Shown piece after piece: positions 1 through 10,134 of a stretch of 64,000 nucleotides of DNA; the first letter of the stretch is position 1, and every line of letters begins with the position of its first letter. The notes below the pieces were generated by a model. The model was not told where the DNA came from and searched no databases. It was given only the letters and a program-made list of their open reading frames with translations. The stretch covers positions 124,001 through 188,000 of IMG/VR virus record IMGVR_UViG_3300013120_000738. The stretch is one strand, 5' to 3'. The translations under genes were made by a program, and so were the position numbers.

Positions 1-1211
1 AATTTATATGCGGTTTGTAGTCTTTTAGCTAGTTCGTTGAATGGTCCTATTTCATGCTTTCGTAGAACTTCTGATGGTTTTACATCTCCAAATCTCTTTT
101 GGGCTGCTTGCCATGCTTTAACATCTCTAGCTATACTCTCTGGTGTCATACCAGCTTCTTTGAGCTTTTGACCGAATTGTTCACGGACCCTATCTGAGAG
201 CACAGTAATTGCTAATTTAGCTATTCTTTCATTCTTAGCTGATTCAGTGTATTTTCCAAGTTTTTGTGCAGCGTATTTTGGATTGCTGACAAGTGTTCTA
301 AGATTTCTACCAAGTCCTTTTAGGCGATCTCCTGCACCAGATAAACGACTTCTCGCACCACCCCACAAATTCCTAAGTTTATCTCTCAATCCTGCTTCGT
401 TGATTATGATAGGTGTTCCTACCCTAGTAAACATAGATTCAACTATCAGTGGCAACTTTGTCTGAATAGTTGGATGGTCTAATAATATATCAGCTATAAA
501 TGCTGCAGCCTCTTCTGCGTATTCCGGATCACCTGTTGATCGCTTGCGTGGTGTTGGAGGATTTCTTAATCTATCTAAGACATCCCCAAGATCTGTTTCA
601 CCACGGACTCGGTCTCTTACATCTCTAGCTCTGCCACTCTCGCGACCTTCACGACCTCTTTCCAGTTCTCCTCTCAGTTCTCCGGTGAGGTTATCAAGAA
701 AGCTACTTACTAAGCCAGGTTTCTTTTCTTGTTGTTCGCCCTCGTCACCTAGATCTCCACTTACAGCATCTGGTTTTGTTACTTGCCCTCTAATATTATC
801 GAGCAATTCTTGCCGCTGTTCTGCGCCTATCGCAAATGTGTCGAATAATTCGTTCCACCATTTGGTATTATCAAATAGATTTACATCACTACTCTTTGCA
901 GCATCAAGTAGTTGTTCTACCTTCTCTGTCCCACCTCGTCCAGGAGCTACGAATTGCAATAATGAATCAAGATTACTACTCATCCCTGGTGTGAGCGATG
1001 CATTCAGTCTAGCAAGACCAGCTTTGAATAAGGAAAGGATAGCACTTTTATCGGCTTCGGATAGAACATGATCTACTGATTCGATAAATAAATTAGGAAG
1101 CGAATGCTGTACACCAGCAGATTCATTAATAGTTATATCGCGTCCAGCTAAGTAACGTAGTTGATTACTTAGAAGACAACAATTGGTATCGGTTATCGTA
1201 GATAATCTCAT
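1..1211 (-). CDS. Hypothetical protein, 3'-truncated by the window edge (MRLSTITDT...), possibly virion-associated
   Basis: ATG at 1211; frame appears open to the window edge on manual translation; missing from the ORF track because there is no stop in the window. Confidence 0.75.
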   Translation of the reverse strand, partial: MRLSTITDTNCCLLSNQLRYLAGRDITINESAGVQHSLPNLFIESVDHVLSEADKSAILSLFKAGLARLNASLTPGMSSNLDSLLQFVAPGRGGTEKVEQLLDAAKSSDVNLFDNTKWWNELFDTFAIGAEQRQELLDNIRGQVTKPDAVSGDLGDEGEQQEKKPGLVSSFLDNLTGELRGELERGREGRESGRARDVRDRVRGETDLGDVLDRLRNPPTPRKRSTGDPEYAEEAAAFIADILLDHPTIQTKLPLIVESMFTRVGTPIIINEAGLRDKLRNLWGGARSRLSGAGDRLKGLGRNLRTLVSNPKYAAQKLGKYTESAKNERIAKLAITVLSDRVREQFGQKLKEAGMTPESIARDVKAWQAAQKRFGDVKPSEVLRKHEIGPFNELAKRLQTAYK

Positions 1212-1233
1212 ATTCTATTTTTGAGGTAAAACA

Positions 1234-1623
1234 ATGAAGATGCCAATAATTGTAGTGTCATATGGGAATTTCGCCGACACCAAAAAACTATTCTCATATG
1301 AAGAATTTGGTGTGACAAACATGCCTGTGTTCACCAGACCAGTAATAGCTGCTCTCTTTGTAAGTTCTGCAAAAGTGGCGATGGGAGAAATCTTACAAGA
1401 TAAACCAAGATTGATGACACAATTGTGTTCGGAGGCTTCGTTTGCTATTGATATGTTTGAGACAATTGGTTCATTTCATCCTGAAATGAGGATTCAGCTA
1501 AATCCTAGACCACTAACTGAAGAAGCCTTACTAAAATTTCATAGTAGTGGTGAAGACGAAGATCCGGTCGCATATACTATAGAAGAAGCAATAGAAGCTG
1601 TTCAAGAATCAAATGGTCTATAA
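1234..1623 (+). CDS. Hypothetical protein
   Basis: 129 aa ORF, GAGG upstream. Confidence 0.7.
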   Translation: MKMPIIVVSYGNFADTKKLFSYEEFGVTNMPVFTRPVIAALFVSSAKVAMGEILQDKPRLMTQLCSEASFAIDMFETIGSFHPEMRIQLNPRPLTEEALLKFHSSGEDEDPVAYTIEEAIEAVQESNGL

Positions 1624-1644
1624 TCTTCGCTACACTCGTAATAT

Positions 1645-2790
1645 TCAGGAGTCACCTTTGTATTTATACCGATAGGTTGATCTTCCTCCACTTCTATCGG
1701 TATCTCCTCCTCTACTACTTCCAAGTGCTTCTTTTGTTTCTCTAATTGCTCTTTTGTATCTTTTGTGGCTCCAGGCATAGTATTCTATCTCTTTACTGTG
1801 GTTGGTAAATGAGAAATATAGATATTGATCATCGCTGGCAAGTGATGGATAAGATCCATAGGTTTCACCAATGATCTTAATTCTAGTAGGTCTTGGTGTT
1901 GTAGATTGCCATCTTATGCTTCCAATAGTTAATTTTGTTCTTCTAGGAGATCTAGAATCGTTCCAAACAGCTATCTCTTCTCCTTGCCAGTTAATAACGT
2001 GAATAGAGTTGTTCACGTTATAAAAACCACTATCTCCAAGATGTTCCCAATTTTTAGCTACATTATCTAGTGTGCTATAGCCATGTGATTCACTATGTTC
2101 TTCACATGTCCCATAATATTGTGAATAATATTTTCTATTTCCGAAGTTTCTACAGAGTGCATTGACCATAAATTCGATTTCGCACTCTGGATCTACTGCG
2201 TGTGGTTTTACCCAGATAGTAGGCTGAATAACACCTTCTCCGAATCTTGTATATTCCTCATATTCACCATCTTGGCCAGCAAATAAAACGCAACATCTAT
2301 CAACTTCATCATATAACGGTATATAGGTTACATCACCGATCGAGATTGGTCTACAACGAGCTAATAAATGTTGATCAGGATCCGCAAGTTGCTTTGGTTC
2401 TCCAATAAGTTGTATTCCTCTCTCATACGTTATTTCCTGTATCCACAAACTACAGGTTTTCCATCGATCACCGAGAGATCGTTGTTGTTGGCGGTAGGTA
2501 GTATTAGTAATGTCTCCAAACATAGAATAGAGGAGCCAGTACCGATTACCTTCTTTCCACAATATAGGATTGCCAGTACCATTGTCAAGTTTAATGGACT
2601 TGCTAGGTCGTCTTCCAACATGTGCGATGCGTACGCTTTGGTCTTCTTGACATTCACCAGTTCCAGAATACCATGTTATCAAGGCTTGGCCTGGTTTGAA
2701 CGGACATACGCATGAGCAATGATTGAAATTATCGGCTTTTAGACGATATGTTCTTTCGATAGCTCTACGACTAAACACAGAAATCTCCAA
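1645..2790 (-). CDS. BNR_2/exo-alpha-sialidase-like beta-propeller protein
   Basis: Motifs WYSGTGE, GNPILW, IQPTIW, AVWNDS, SYPSL resemble BNR_2 family blades; clear Asp-boxes not seen; TTG start. Confidence 0.5.
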   Translation of the reverse strand: MEISVFSRRAIERTYRLKADNFNHCSCVCPFKPGQALITWYSGTGECQEDQSVRIAHVGRRPSKSIKLDNGTGNPILWKEGNRYWLLYSMFGDITNTTYRQQQRSLGDRWKTCSLWIQEITYERGIQLIGEPKQLADPDQHLLARCRPISIGDVTYIPLYDEVDRCCVLFAGQDGEYEEYTRFGEGVIQPTIWVKPHAVDPECEIEFMVNALCRNFGNRKYYSQYYGTCEEHSESHGYSTLDNVAKNWEHLGDSGFYNVNNSIHVINWQGEEIAVWNDSRSPRRTKLTIGSIRWQSTTPRPTRIKIIGETYGSYPSLASDDQYLYFSFTNHSKEIEYYAWSHKRYKRAIRETKEALGSSRGGDTDRSGGRSTYRYKYKGDS

Positions 2791-3176
2791 TGGATAATAA
2801 AATTATTAGTAATTGGATACGGCAAGCTCGGTATAGAGCAAAACGCGCTAATATCTACAGCGAGCTTGAAATTGAAGATGTTCAAATAATAGTTGAACAT
2901 TTTTCGAGCCGCTGTGCTTATTGTGGGGTAAAAGCTGAAACACTAGATCATCCTTTTCCATTAAAATCAAGTGCTCCCAATGTTCCAGCTAATGTGTTAC
3001 CATCCTGCAAGAAATGTAAACAAGCAAAGAAGAATAACGACATAGTTTGGTTGTTCTCGAGTGGCTTTCTCAAGAGGCCGAAGTATTTGGAATTACTAGC
3101 GTTCATGTTTGAACAGGGTGGTGGTGAGCATATTAAACAGTATGTGCGATTAGCAACAGGAATGGTTGATGACTAA
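2790..3176 (+). CDS. HNH endonuclease-like protein
   Basis: CAYCG..TLDHPFP..ANVLPSCKKC. Confidence 0.75.
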   Translation: MDNKIISNWIRQARYRAKRANIYSELEIEDVQIIVEHFSSRCAYCGVKAETLDHPFPLKSSAPNVPANVLPSCKKCKQAKKNNDIVWLFSSGFLKRPKYLELLAFMFEQGGGEHIKQYVRLATGMVDD

Positions 3177-3426
3177 GTCACCTTATCCAGGATACCATCC
3201 AAATAATACTAGTGTTACCCATTTAGGTAATATGGCACGCAATTGTTTGGTTATAGAGTTATTATCTCTTTCCGATGAACTAGACCAAACCGAATTAGCA
3301 CTTGTTCAGGAGGCTGTAGAACTTTCTATTGATAAGTTGAAGTCTAGAATACCTTCACTAGAATCTATAAAAGTAGTCACCCCGGATAGATTTGACCCCC
3401 TCCTCAGAAATGGTCTTAGACTATAA
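3166..3426 (+). CDS. Hypothetical protein (paralogue at 25135-25392)
   Basis: Near-identical 85-86 aa copy elsewhere in the window. Confidence 0.8.
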   Translation: MMTKSPYPGYHPNNTSVTHLGNMARNCLVIELLSLSDELDQTELALVQEAVELSIDKLKSRIPSLESIKVVTPDRFDPLLRNGLRL

Positions 3427-3465
3427 ATTCGTCTAGATTACTCTCTAGGTATTTAAAAAAGCAGA

Positions 3466-3493
3466 ATTAACTTCTAATTCCTCGTCTGCCACA
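3466..3493 (+). promoter_or_regulatory. Bipartite promoter-like motif ATTAAC-N15-TGCCACA
   Basis: Matches the recurrent motif; followed by GGAGG and ATG at 3528. Confidence 0.6.
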
Positions 3494-3527
3494 GTAGCGA
3501 AGAACTGTTCAACAATCAGGAGGAATC

Positions 3528-4292
3528 ATGAAAAACACTGGTGGTAGGACTAAATTCGCTGTGGATGGTAAGTACAGGATTATGGAATTGGAGGGTAGTG
3601 TGTCGAAGGAGGTCTTCAAAGTAGAAGCACCTCCGGACGAATCGTCTGTCGTAGCTGACAGAAAAGGCTGTATTGTCTTGATAGAGGAAGGGAGTAATCG
3701 CCGTATCAAAGTGCATTCTAGACGGGTATTTCCCACATCAATAGATGGATGTGCACCCGTTATAGGCTCTGGTGATAAATACCTTGCACTCTGCCCTGAT
3801 TGTGGTAAACCACATCAAGCTACAGCTGCGACAAAGGAAATTGTTTGTACTTGTGGGAGCTCCCACCCTACTAAATGGCTAGGAGACAAGCCAATGACCA
3901 GCGCAACTCAAGAGAAGAAAAAGAAAGCCAGCAAGCCCTCCGCCGAGAAAAAGGCAAAGCCAGTAAAGGAGCAGTTCACACCAGACATGGACGCTCTCAA
4001 GGCACTGCCGAATTGTGAACTCTGGCGGAAAGGCAACGTGAACTTCGACCATCCGGGAGTCGAAGTCCTGTCGTATTGCTTGCTGTTCGTCAACGAAGCC
4101 AGTAGCCGGAAGTACTGCTTCAACACTTACAACGGCACAACCGGCAAACGCGGTGAAAAGCTTCATACCGATGAATTCATCGCCGACGAGCCAGTAGCCG
4201 GGGCTAAGAAGGAAAGACCCTGGTACGCCGTCAAAGACGTCACCAAGACCAAAGCTAAGCTCGAAAAGGATGGTTACGAGCTGATCTCCTAG
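3528..4292 (+). CDS. Hypothetical protein with Zn-ribbon (CPDC..CTC) and Lys-rich linker
   Basis: 254 aa, strong GGAGG RBS. Confidence 0.8.
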   Translation: MKNTGGRTKFAVDGKYRIMELEGSVSKEVFKVEAPPDESSVVADRKGCIVLIEEGSNRRIKVHSRRVFPTSIDGCAPVIGSGDKYLALCPDCGKPHQATAATKEIVCTCGSSHPTKWLGDKPMTSATQEKKKKASKPSAEKKAKPVKEQFTPDMDALKALPNCELWRKGNVNFDHPGVEVLSYCLLFVNEASSRKYCFNTYNGTTGKRGEKLHTDEFIADEPVAGAKKERPWYAVKDVTKTKAKLEKDGYELIS

Positions 4293-4306
4293 GAAAGGAG
4301 CCTGTT

Positions 4307-4516
4307 ATGCTCGTTCTCTCAAGGAAGAAGAACGAATCAATCGTGATAAATGACAACATTACGATTGTAGTAGTTGAAGTGCGCGGGGACAAAGTTCGAC
4401 TGGGTGTTGAGGCACCCAAAGAAGTCCCCGTGCACCGCCGGGAAGTCTACGAAGCGATCAAAAAAAATGAACTCGACGAAAGACGAAAACGAGAAGAAGC
4501 CTCTGCAGGAGGATAG
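4307..4516 (+). CDS. csrA: Carbon storage regulator CsrA
   Basis: [51 protein letters not shown] is a canonical CsrA; AAGGAG RBS. Confidence 0.97.
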   Translation: MLVLSRKKNESIVINDNITIVVVEVRGDKVRLGVEAPKEVPVHRREVYEAIKKNELDERRKREEASAGG

Positions 4517-4769
4517 CTTAGAATATCATCTTTTCGTCCTTCGGCGGATGATCAACGAACTTCCAAATGGTATTTCATCTCTTCTCGAATCACAACTCGA
4601 TGAAGTCGTAAAAGCTATTAAAACTCGGAATCTTGCATTGTTCACATTCATTGTTGACCAATTACAAGATGTACGCCTATCAGTTCTGAATATGGAATTC
4701 GATCTCGGTGCTACCAAAAAAGAGAAGGCTGCTCTCGAAGAGCGGTTGAGAGATGAAGGACTATTATGA
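4467..4769 (+). CDS. Hypothetical coiled-coil protein (start uncertain)
   Basis: ORF 4374-4769; first ATG at 4467 overlaps the csrA 3' end. Confidence 0.6.
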   Translation: MNSTKDENEKKPLQEDSLEYHLFVLRRMINELPNGISSLLESQLDEVVKAIKTRNLALFTFIVDQLQDVRLSVLNMEFDLGATKKEKAALEERLRDEGLL

Positions 4770-4990
4770 CATCATCACTAAAAGTCGCTGAAAGTCTGGC
4801 AGAGCTAAACAAAAAATACCCAGGACCTGCTATCTTCACTCACGAGGAAGCAGAAGTAATTGGGCGATGTTTCCAAGCTGCAATCTTTGAACACTACATG
4901 TCAAGTGAAGACAGGAATTTCCAAAGCATCGCCAGAAAACTACGAGATCATTACGGTGTAGAAATAGATGGAACGCCGAATTCTGGGTAA
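4766..4990 (+). CDS. Hypothetical protein
   Basis: ATGA overlap with the upstream gene. Confidence 0.65.
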   Translation: MTSSLKVAESLAELNKKYPGPAIFTHEEAEVIGRCFQAAIFEHYMSSEDRNFQSIARKLRDHYGVEIDGTPNSG

Positions 4991-5873
4991 GATTGGAGAC
5001 TCTGTGTCGGCCATCGGCTTTGGTGGCTCACCAATAGGATTATTTAAGACGCCACAACAAGACGTCACAAGAATCCTCAATACTCTTCTAGATAGCGGTG
5101 TCAACCTCATCGACACCGCCGCCTCCTACGAAAACTCCGAACAAGCCATCGGAAAAGCCATATCCCATCGCCGCAACGAATACTTTCTAGTCACTAAATG
5201 CGGCCCAAGACGATGGGGAGCATGGACTGACAAATATCCTAGCGAATTAGCAGACGATATTGACCGAAGCCTAGTACGGTTAAAAACTGAATATATTGAC
5301 TTACTATTACTCCATTCGTGTGATCTCGAAACACTAAAACGCTTCGAAGTTATCGAACCACTCATCAAGGCTAGAGACGCTGGTAAAGTACGTCATCTAG
5401 GATATGCTGGTGATAATGAAGCGGCTGCTTACGCAGCTCATATGCCAGATATAAGTGCTTTAGAGATCACAATAAATCTCTGCGATCACGCGAACATCAG
5501 GAATATTTTACCACTGGCCAAGAAATACAATCTAGGAGTAATCGCAAAACGACCTGTAGCTAATACGGCCTGGAAGCCACTCTATGAGCAACCACCGATA
5601 TTTCGGATATATTGTAAGGAATATAGTAGGCGGTTTGCCAGTATGAGATTAAATACCCCTATAGGGTCATGGCTAGAAACTGCCATCAGATTTACCCTAT
5701 CCCAAGATGGGGTACATACTGCTATTATTGGTACTACCAATATAGATCATGCTATATCTAATATACAAATAGCATCTAAAGGATTATTACCAGATATTAC
5801 CCTAGATAAGATATATAGAGCATTCGAAGATGCAGAATCTAAAAGTCCTGATCCATGGTTGGCGGAAACATAG
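4968..5873 (+). CDS. Aldo/keto reductase
   Basis: VSAIGFGG, NLIDTAASYENSEQAIG, LVTKCG, SLVRLKTEYIDLLLLH, GKVRHLG. Confidence 0.93.
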   Translation: MERRILGKIGDSVSAIGFGGSPIGLFKTPQQDVTRILNTLLDSGVNLIDTAASYENSEQAIGKAISHRRNEYFLVTKCGPRRWGAWTDKYPSELADDIDRSLVRLKTEYIDLLLLHSCDLETLKRFEVIEPLIKARDAGKVRHLGYAGDNEAAAYAAHMPDISALEITINLCDHANIRNILPLAKKYNLGVIAKRPVANTAWKPLYEQPPIFRIYCKEYSRRFASMRLNTPIGSWLETAIRFTLSQDGVHTAIIGTTNIDHAISNIQIASKGLLPDITLDKIYRAFEDAESKSPDPWLAET

Positions 5874-5999
5874 CTCCCGGCCTTTCCTTTAGCCTCCCTT
5901 GCATTCTAACCTACATATACGGCCTCCGGCCCCTCCGGCACCAAATGTCCAGAAAGACCCAAAGGAAAGCCTCCGTGTAGATATAATAGGAGGAATATT

Positions 6000-6983
6000 A
6001 TGGATTTATCACAGAAAAGAATTATAGTAACTGGTGGTCAAGGATTCCTGGGAAAACACGTATGTAGTATCCTCGAGAGACGAGGATGCAAAATCTCATC
6101 GCTCGTTAAGCAATATCATAAAGAACCCGGAGCATACGTAGTAAACGAATCGAGATTCGATCTAACGAAAGAAGAATGTATACAAGAGGTATATCATCAC
6201 GCACATCCGGAAGTAGTAATCCACCTTGCCGCAGTTGTAGGCGGTATTGGTGCTAATCGCCAGCACCCAGGTACATTCTTCTATAAGAATTTAATCATGG
6301 GTGCTATGCTTATGGAACACGCTAGACATCAAGCAGAAAAATGTGGTGTAAAAGTCGAGAAATTTGTAGCAATAGGTACTATTTGTGCATACCCAAAACA
6401 CACCCCAGTGCCATTCAAAGAAGAAGACCTCTGGAACGGGTATCCAGAAGAAACAAATGCACCATACGGACTAGCAAAGAAAATGATGTTGGTCCAGGCA
6501 CAATCATACAGACTTGAATTCGGATTTGATGCAGTTTACTTATTGCCAGTCAATCTCTACGGACCGGGTGATAATTTTAATTTAATTTCATCACATGTTA
6601 TCCCAGCACTCATCAGGAAATGTATAGAAGCTAGGGATGCTAATCAGGATTCGATAGAAGTATGGGGTACTGGAAATGCTACGAGAGAGTTTTTGTATGT
6701 AGAGGATGCTGCTAAAGCAATAATTATAGCCACTGAGGAATACGATAGTCCCGAGCCACTTAACATAGGTTCTGGTCAAGAAATTTCGATAAAAGACCTC
6801 GCAGAACTTATCAAGGAATTGACTGGCTTCAAGGGCGAATTTATATGGAATCCATCTTATCCAGATGGACAACCACGACGATGTTTAGATACAACAAGAG
6901 CTACGCAAGAACTTGGCTTCAAAGCACAAACAGATCTAAGGGAGGGCATATTAAAGACTATAGAATGGTATGAAGCTCAGTAA
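6000..6983 (+). CDS. fcl: GDP-L-fucose synthase
   Basis: [72 protein letters not shown]. Confidence 0.95.
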   Translation: MDLSQKRIIVTGGQGFLGKHVCSILERRGCKISSLVKQYHKEPGAYVVNESRFDLTKEECIQEVYHHAHPEVVIHLAAVVGGIGANRQHPGTFFYKNLIMGAMLMEHARHQAEKCGVKVEKFVAIGTICAYPKHTPVPFKEEDLWNGYPEETNAPYGLAKKMMLVQAQSYRLEFGFDAVYLLPVNLYGPGDNFNLISSHVIPALIRKCIEARDANQDSIEVWGTGNATREFLYVEDAAKAIIIATEEYDSPEPLNIGSGQEISIKDLAELIKELTGFKGEFIWNPSYPDGQPRRCLDTTRATQELGFKAQTDLREGILKTIEWYEAQ

Positions 6984-7794
6984 AGATACTACAGAGGTCA
7001 AGATGAAAAAGATTAAAGTATCTAGAGCATCCATCGAAAGAAAGACAATAAAGACTAAAAGGTCTGGAAATCCGCAACCAGTTCGAAAGACAGTAAAACC
7101 TCCTATACGACCGAAAGTATTAAGGAAAACACTGGCAATAAGGAAATCACCACCACTAAAACGTGATCCAGAAAGCATGTTACCTAATATATGTGTTAGG
7201 CCAGATTTTCCACTAGTAGTATCAGGTTACACAATTGATAGCCATATTGGTGATTATTATAAGCGTGCATCACACCGTTTATCAAATTCACTATTACGGT
7301 TCGATCTACCACATATAATCTTCCCTCTGAAGAGTACTGATGATTGGGCAAACAACTGTGCACTCAAACAAACACTGATATTATATGTCCTAGAGAATAT
7401 GAGATGCCCAGTACTCTGGATCGATATTGATGGAGAAGTATTCAATTTCCCAGATGCCTTTTTGAAACCTGATTTTGATATAGCATTAGTCAACTATGAC
7501 GGCCATTGGCTCACTGGAACAATGTTCCTATCACCGAAGACAACCGATTTTGTCAGGGAATGGAGAAAATTCACAAAGCCATCAGAGCCGGACGAAGTCT
7601 CATTACTACATCTTTATAATAATTCCGATAATGGATTAAAACTACGTATGTTGCCCAGAAAATACAATGAAATAGTGCATACGAGAACTGATGTATCAAG
7701 AATAATAGTTGGTCATTATATAAGAGCCGATGTGGCACCAAATAGAAAAGACGGGCAAGGAAATCCTCTAAAAGCAGTGCCCCTACCGAAGTAA
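6970..7794 (+). CDS. Nucleotide-diphospho-sugar transferase-like protein with basic N-terminus
   Basis: W..NCALK, VLWIDID (DxD), TGTMFL, DEVSL. Confidence 0.6.
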   Translation: MKLSKDTTEVKMKKIKVSRASIERKTIKTKRSGNPQPVRKTVKPPIRPKVLRKTLAIRKSPPLKRDPESMLPNICVRPDFPLVVSGYTIDSHIGDYYKRASHRLSNSLLRFDLPHIIFPLKSTDDWANNCALKQTLILYVLENMRCPVLWIDIDGEVFNFPDAFLKPDFDIALVNYDGHWLTGTMFLSPKTTDFVREWRKFTKPSEPDEVSLLHLYNNSDNGLKLRMLPRKYNEIVHTRTDVSRIIVGHYIRADVAPNRKDGQGNPLKAVPLPK

Positions 7795-8475
7795 TCTCTC
7801 CTGCAAGGTTAACTTCATTCTTCTATTCCAGTTTATCCCGTCATCTTTAGCACTATCCATTAGTGGTCTATCGACTTCATCTGCTCGCCGTTTTTTGTTT
7901 GCCCAATTTCTATGTTCAAAACAGGGCGACTTATCACGAAGATCAACCAGTAGGTCTAATTCTAATAAATTATAATATAATTCCTGGTCAGAATAATTAT
8001 GAACATAGCTTGTATGATAGATGACCCTGTTTAGGCGCTTAAGGCATCCCATCGTCATTATTGGGATAGTAACAGCCTCATTTCTATAATATCCATCTGC
8101 AACAAGAATTGCTGATGGGTCTTCTATAGTATCAATAATCCATCTATCCCAGTTCTTCGGCGGGTAAAAATCATCAGATGCTAATATTACCACATCTGTG
8201 TCAGGACCTTCAACCATGTCCGCTAGTCTCTGGCAAGAATGTGTAACTCCTTGGACATCACCAGTTACTACAACTTCTCCTACTCTTATTCGTAGTTTGT
8301 GCTCTTCGGTGTTTACACCCACTAATAATGTGTGATTATTTGGATTATGTGACATTTTTCGCCACCGAGTATAGGTGGCTTGCATCATTTCAGGTCTTTT
8401 TGTGGGCCATAAGAGATGTATCATTGCTCTCTTCTTGCGATATGCCTTAGATGTTTTGACTTGTATTATTCTCAC
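7783..8475 (-). CDS. GT-A fold (GT2-like) glycosyltransferase
   Basis: LWPTKRP, ILASDDFYP, IPIMT, YSDQE. Confidence 0.65.
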   Translation of the reverse strand: MRIIQVKTSKAYRKKRAMIHLLWPTKRPEMMQATYTRWRKMSHNPNNHTLLVGVNTEEHKLRIRVGEVVVTGDVQGVTHSCQRLADMVEGPDTDVVILASDDFYPPKNWDRWIIDTIEDPSAILVADGYYRNEAVTIPIMTMGCLKRLNRVIYHTSYVHNYSDQELYYNLLELDLLVDLRDKSPCFEHRNWANKKRRADEVDRPLMDSAKDDGINWNRRMKLTLQERLLR

Positions 8476-9074
8476 AACGTTACTCTAAGATCAGCTTCTA
8501 CTTTCGCAATCCACCAATTATGATAATCGCCAGTGTGCACGGAGCGGAAGATTTCATCTACTGCTCTAGATACGCCAGCATTAGCCTCATGCCCGTAATC
8601 GTGGCCACTTAGAATTCCAATTTTAGAAATTTTTGGCCACCATGCAAATATGTCAGCACGAACAGCGTCATATGTATGTTTTGCATCTATATACACAAGA
8701 TCAAGTGAGCAATCGGGAAATTCTTCAGTAACTTCTGGAGAGTGTCTTTGTATAGCATCAAATCTCTCCCCAAATTGTTTCTTCATCCTATCTATAGGTG
8801 CGGTTGTTAATTTCCCTTGATTATTCTTGATATTCTCAAAATGGCGGTCGACGGACCATACTCTCACATTTGGAAATTCTATTAAAACTATTTCAGAGAG
8901 TTGGCAGCCACATGCCCCAACTTCCACAAAAGACCTCAACCCATGCTTACGAATTAACGAACAGATTACCGGTGCTGTCCGGCGATGCCCCCAACCTTTA
9001 ACAAATCGATCATCTGGGCCACGACGCTCATTCATTACCCGGTCTACAGCTTTTTGTCTTTTGAATTTATACAT
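8472..9074 (-). CDS. Class I SAM methyltransferase (Methyltransf_24-like)
   Basis: FVEVGAC, SLDLVYIDAKHTYDAVRADI..W..GILSGHDY; start reassigned to ATG 9074. Confidence 0.85.
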   Translation of the reverse strand: MYKFKRQKAVDRVMNERRGPDDRFVKGWGHRRTAPVICSLIRKHGLRSFVEVGACGCQLSEIVLIEFPNVRVWSVDRHFENIKNNQGKLTTAPIDRMKKQFGERFDAIQRHSPEVTEEFPDCSLDLVYIDAKHTYDAVRADIFAWWPKISKIGILSGHDYGHEANAGVSRAVDEIFRSVHTGDYHNWWIAKVEADLRVTL

Positions 9075-9105
9075 ATGGTATCTACCTAAGAGGGATAACT
9101 GTAAA

Positions 9106-10134
9106 ATGGCAAACCCAAAGAATTTAAGATTTGCTTTCGTCAAGCAAGAGATCCATAGTGACTTATATAATTGCCAACACGATGCTGATCCAGCTACTAA
9201 GATATTATCATCATTATCAAGAGTAGGACCAAGTGGATTATTCACTCTGTATGACGCAGATTTCTATGTGGTAAAGGTCGATAAAGCTCCAGAGTGCCAG
9301 ACATGGCAAGAAGTCAGAAAAAGAATACAAAATAGACGTAGACTAGCAGAAAGACATAAGAAATATAGCATCAGCGTGGATGATGTAAAATGGTCTGATT
9401 ATGATATAGTTATATGTCTAGATATATCCATTCCAGAACGTATAGTCAAAAAATATAGACGAACTTTGTGGTGCTATATGCCAACAGAACCATCATGTAT
9501 GGCATCGTACAAAGGACCTTTAAGAGCTAGTTACAATGCTAGATTGAACCAAGATGTTGGACGGACAATACAAACTAAATTCGGGGTGGTATGCTTTCCA
9601 TATTCGTTTATAGAGCCCGGATCATTAAAAAAATTATCCACCAACCATTCCGGCCCACAAAAGAAAGACGGTGTATTCGTAGAATATAATTGGGTACAAA
9701 CCAGTAATAAAGCTATGAAAATCAAAGGGCTAGGTCCAGTCCGTACAATAGTCCCAGCAGCAGGAAAGAGATCACAAGACCCAAATACCCCATATATTTC
9801 TGCTGTAGATCACAGGATACGCACAATAGATAGACTATGTGCCTCGAAATTCTTCCTCAAGTATGGTGGTAGAATAATTCGTGGTAATTCTATAGCAGAG
9901 GCTATGGCATGTAACGCAGTAGCTGTATGTAAACCATCACTCATAATATATAGTCAATTACTATGTAAACGAGCACGAATTAAAGGATTGGCAGAGGCGA
10001 TAGAATTTATTAAAAGTGTAGACGAAACCACTAGACAACAAATGATCAAACGACAAAACGAATTAATGTGGTCCCTATTGATCAATAGACCAATACAATC
10101 ATTAATGAACTTATTTGAGCTTAAAAGAAAATGA
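9106..10134 (+). CDS. Putative glycosyltransferase (GT-B-like)
   Basis: Start reassigned to MANPKNLRF; GNSIAEAMACNAV motif; island context. Confidence 0.5.
   Translation: MANPKNLRFAFVKQEIHSDLYNCQHDADPATKILSSLSRVGPSGLFTLYDADFYVVKVDKAPECQTWQEVRKRIQNRRRLAERHKKYSISVDDVKWSDYDIVICLDISIPERIVKKYRRTLWCYMPTEPSCMASYKGPLRASYNARLNQDVGRTIQTKFGVVCFPYSFIEPGSLKKLSTNHSGPQKKDGVFVEYNWVQTSNKAMKIKGLGPVRTIVPAAGKRSQDPNTPYISAVDHRIRTIDRLCASKFFLKYGGRIIRGNSIAEAMACNAVAVCKPSLIIYSQLLCKRARIKGLAEAIEFIKSVDETTRQQMIKRQNELMWSLLINRPIQSLMNLFELKRK

Noticed and set aside
5874-5999. Structured RNA between the AKR and fcl genes (CTTTCCTTT/AAAGGAAAG)
   Set aside because: Single 9-bp low-complexity inverted repeat with no other support.
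8827-9105. N-terminal extensions in the ORF track (also 9075-9245, 23122-23269, 40701-41294, 44881-45201)
   Set aside because: They overlap real genes or promoters on the other strand; better SD-supported or motif-supported starts lie downstream.
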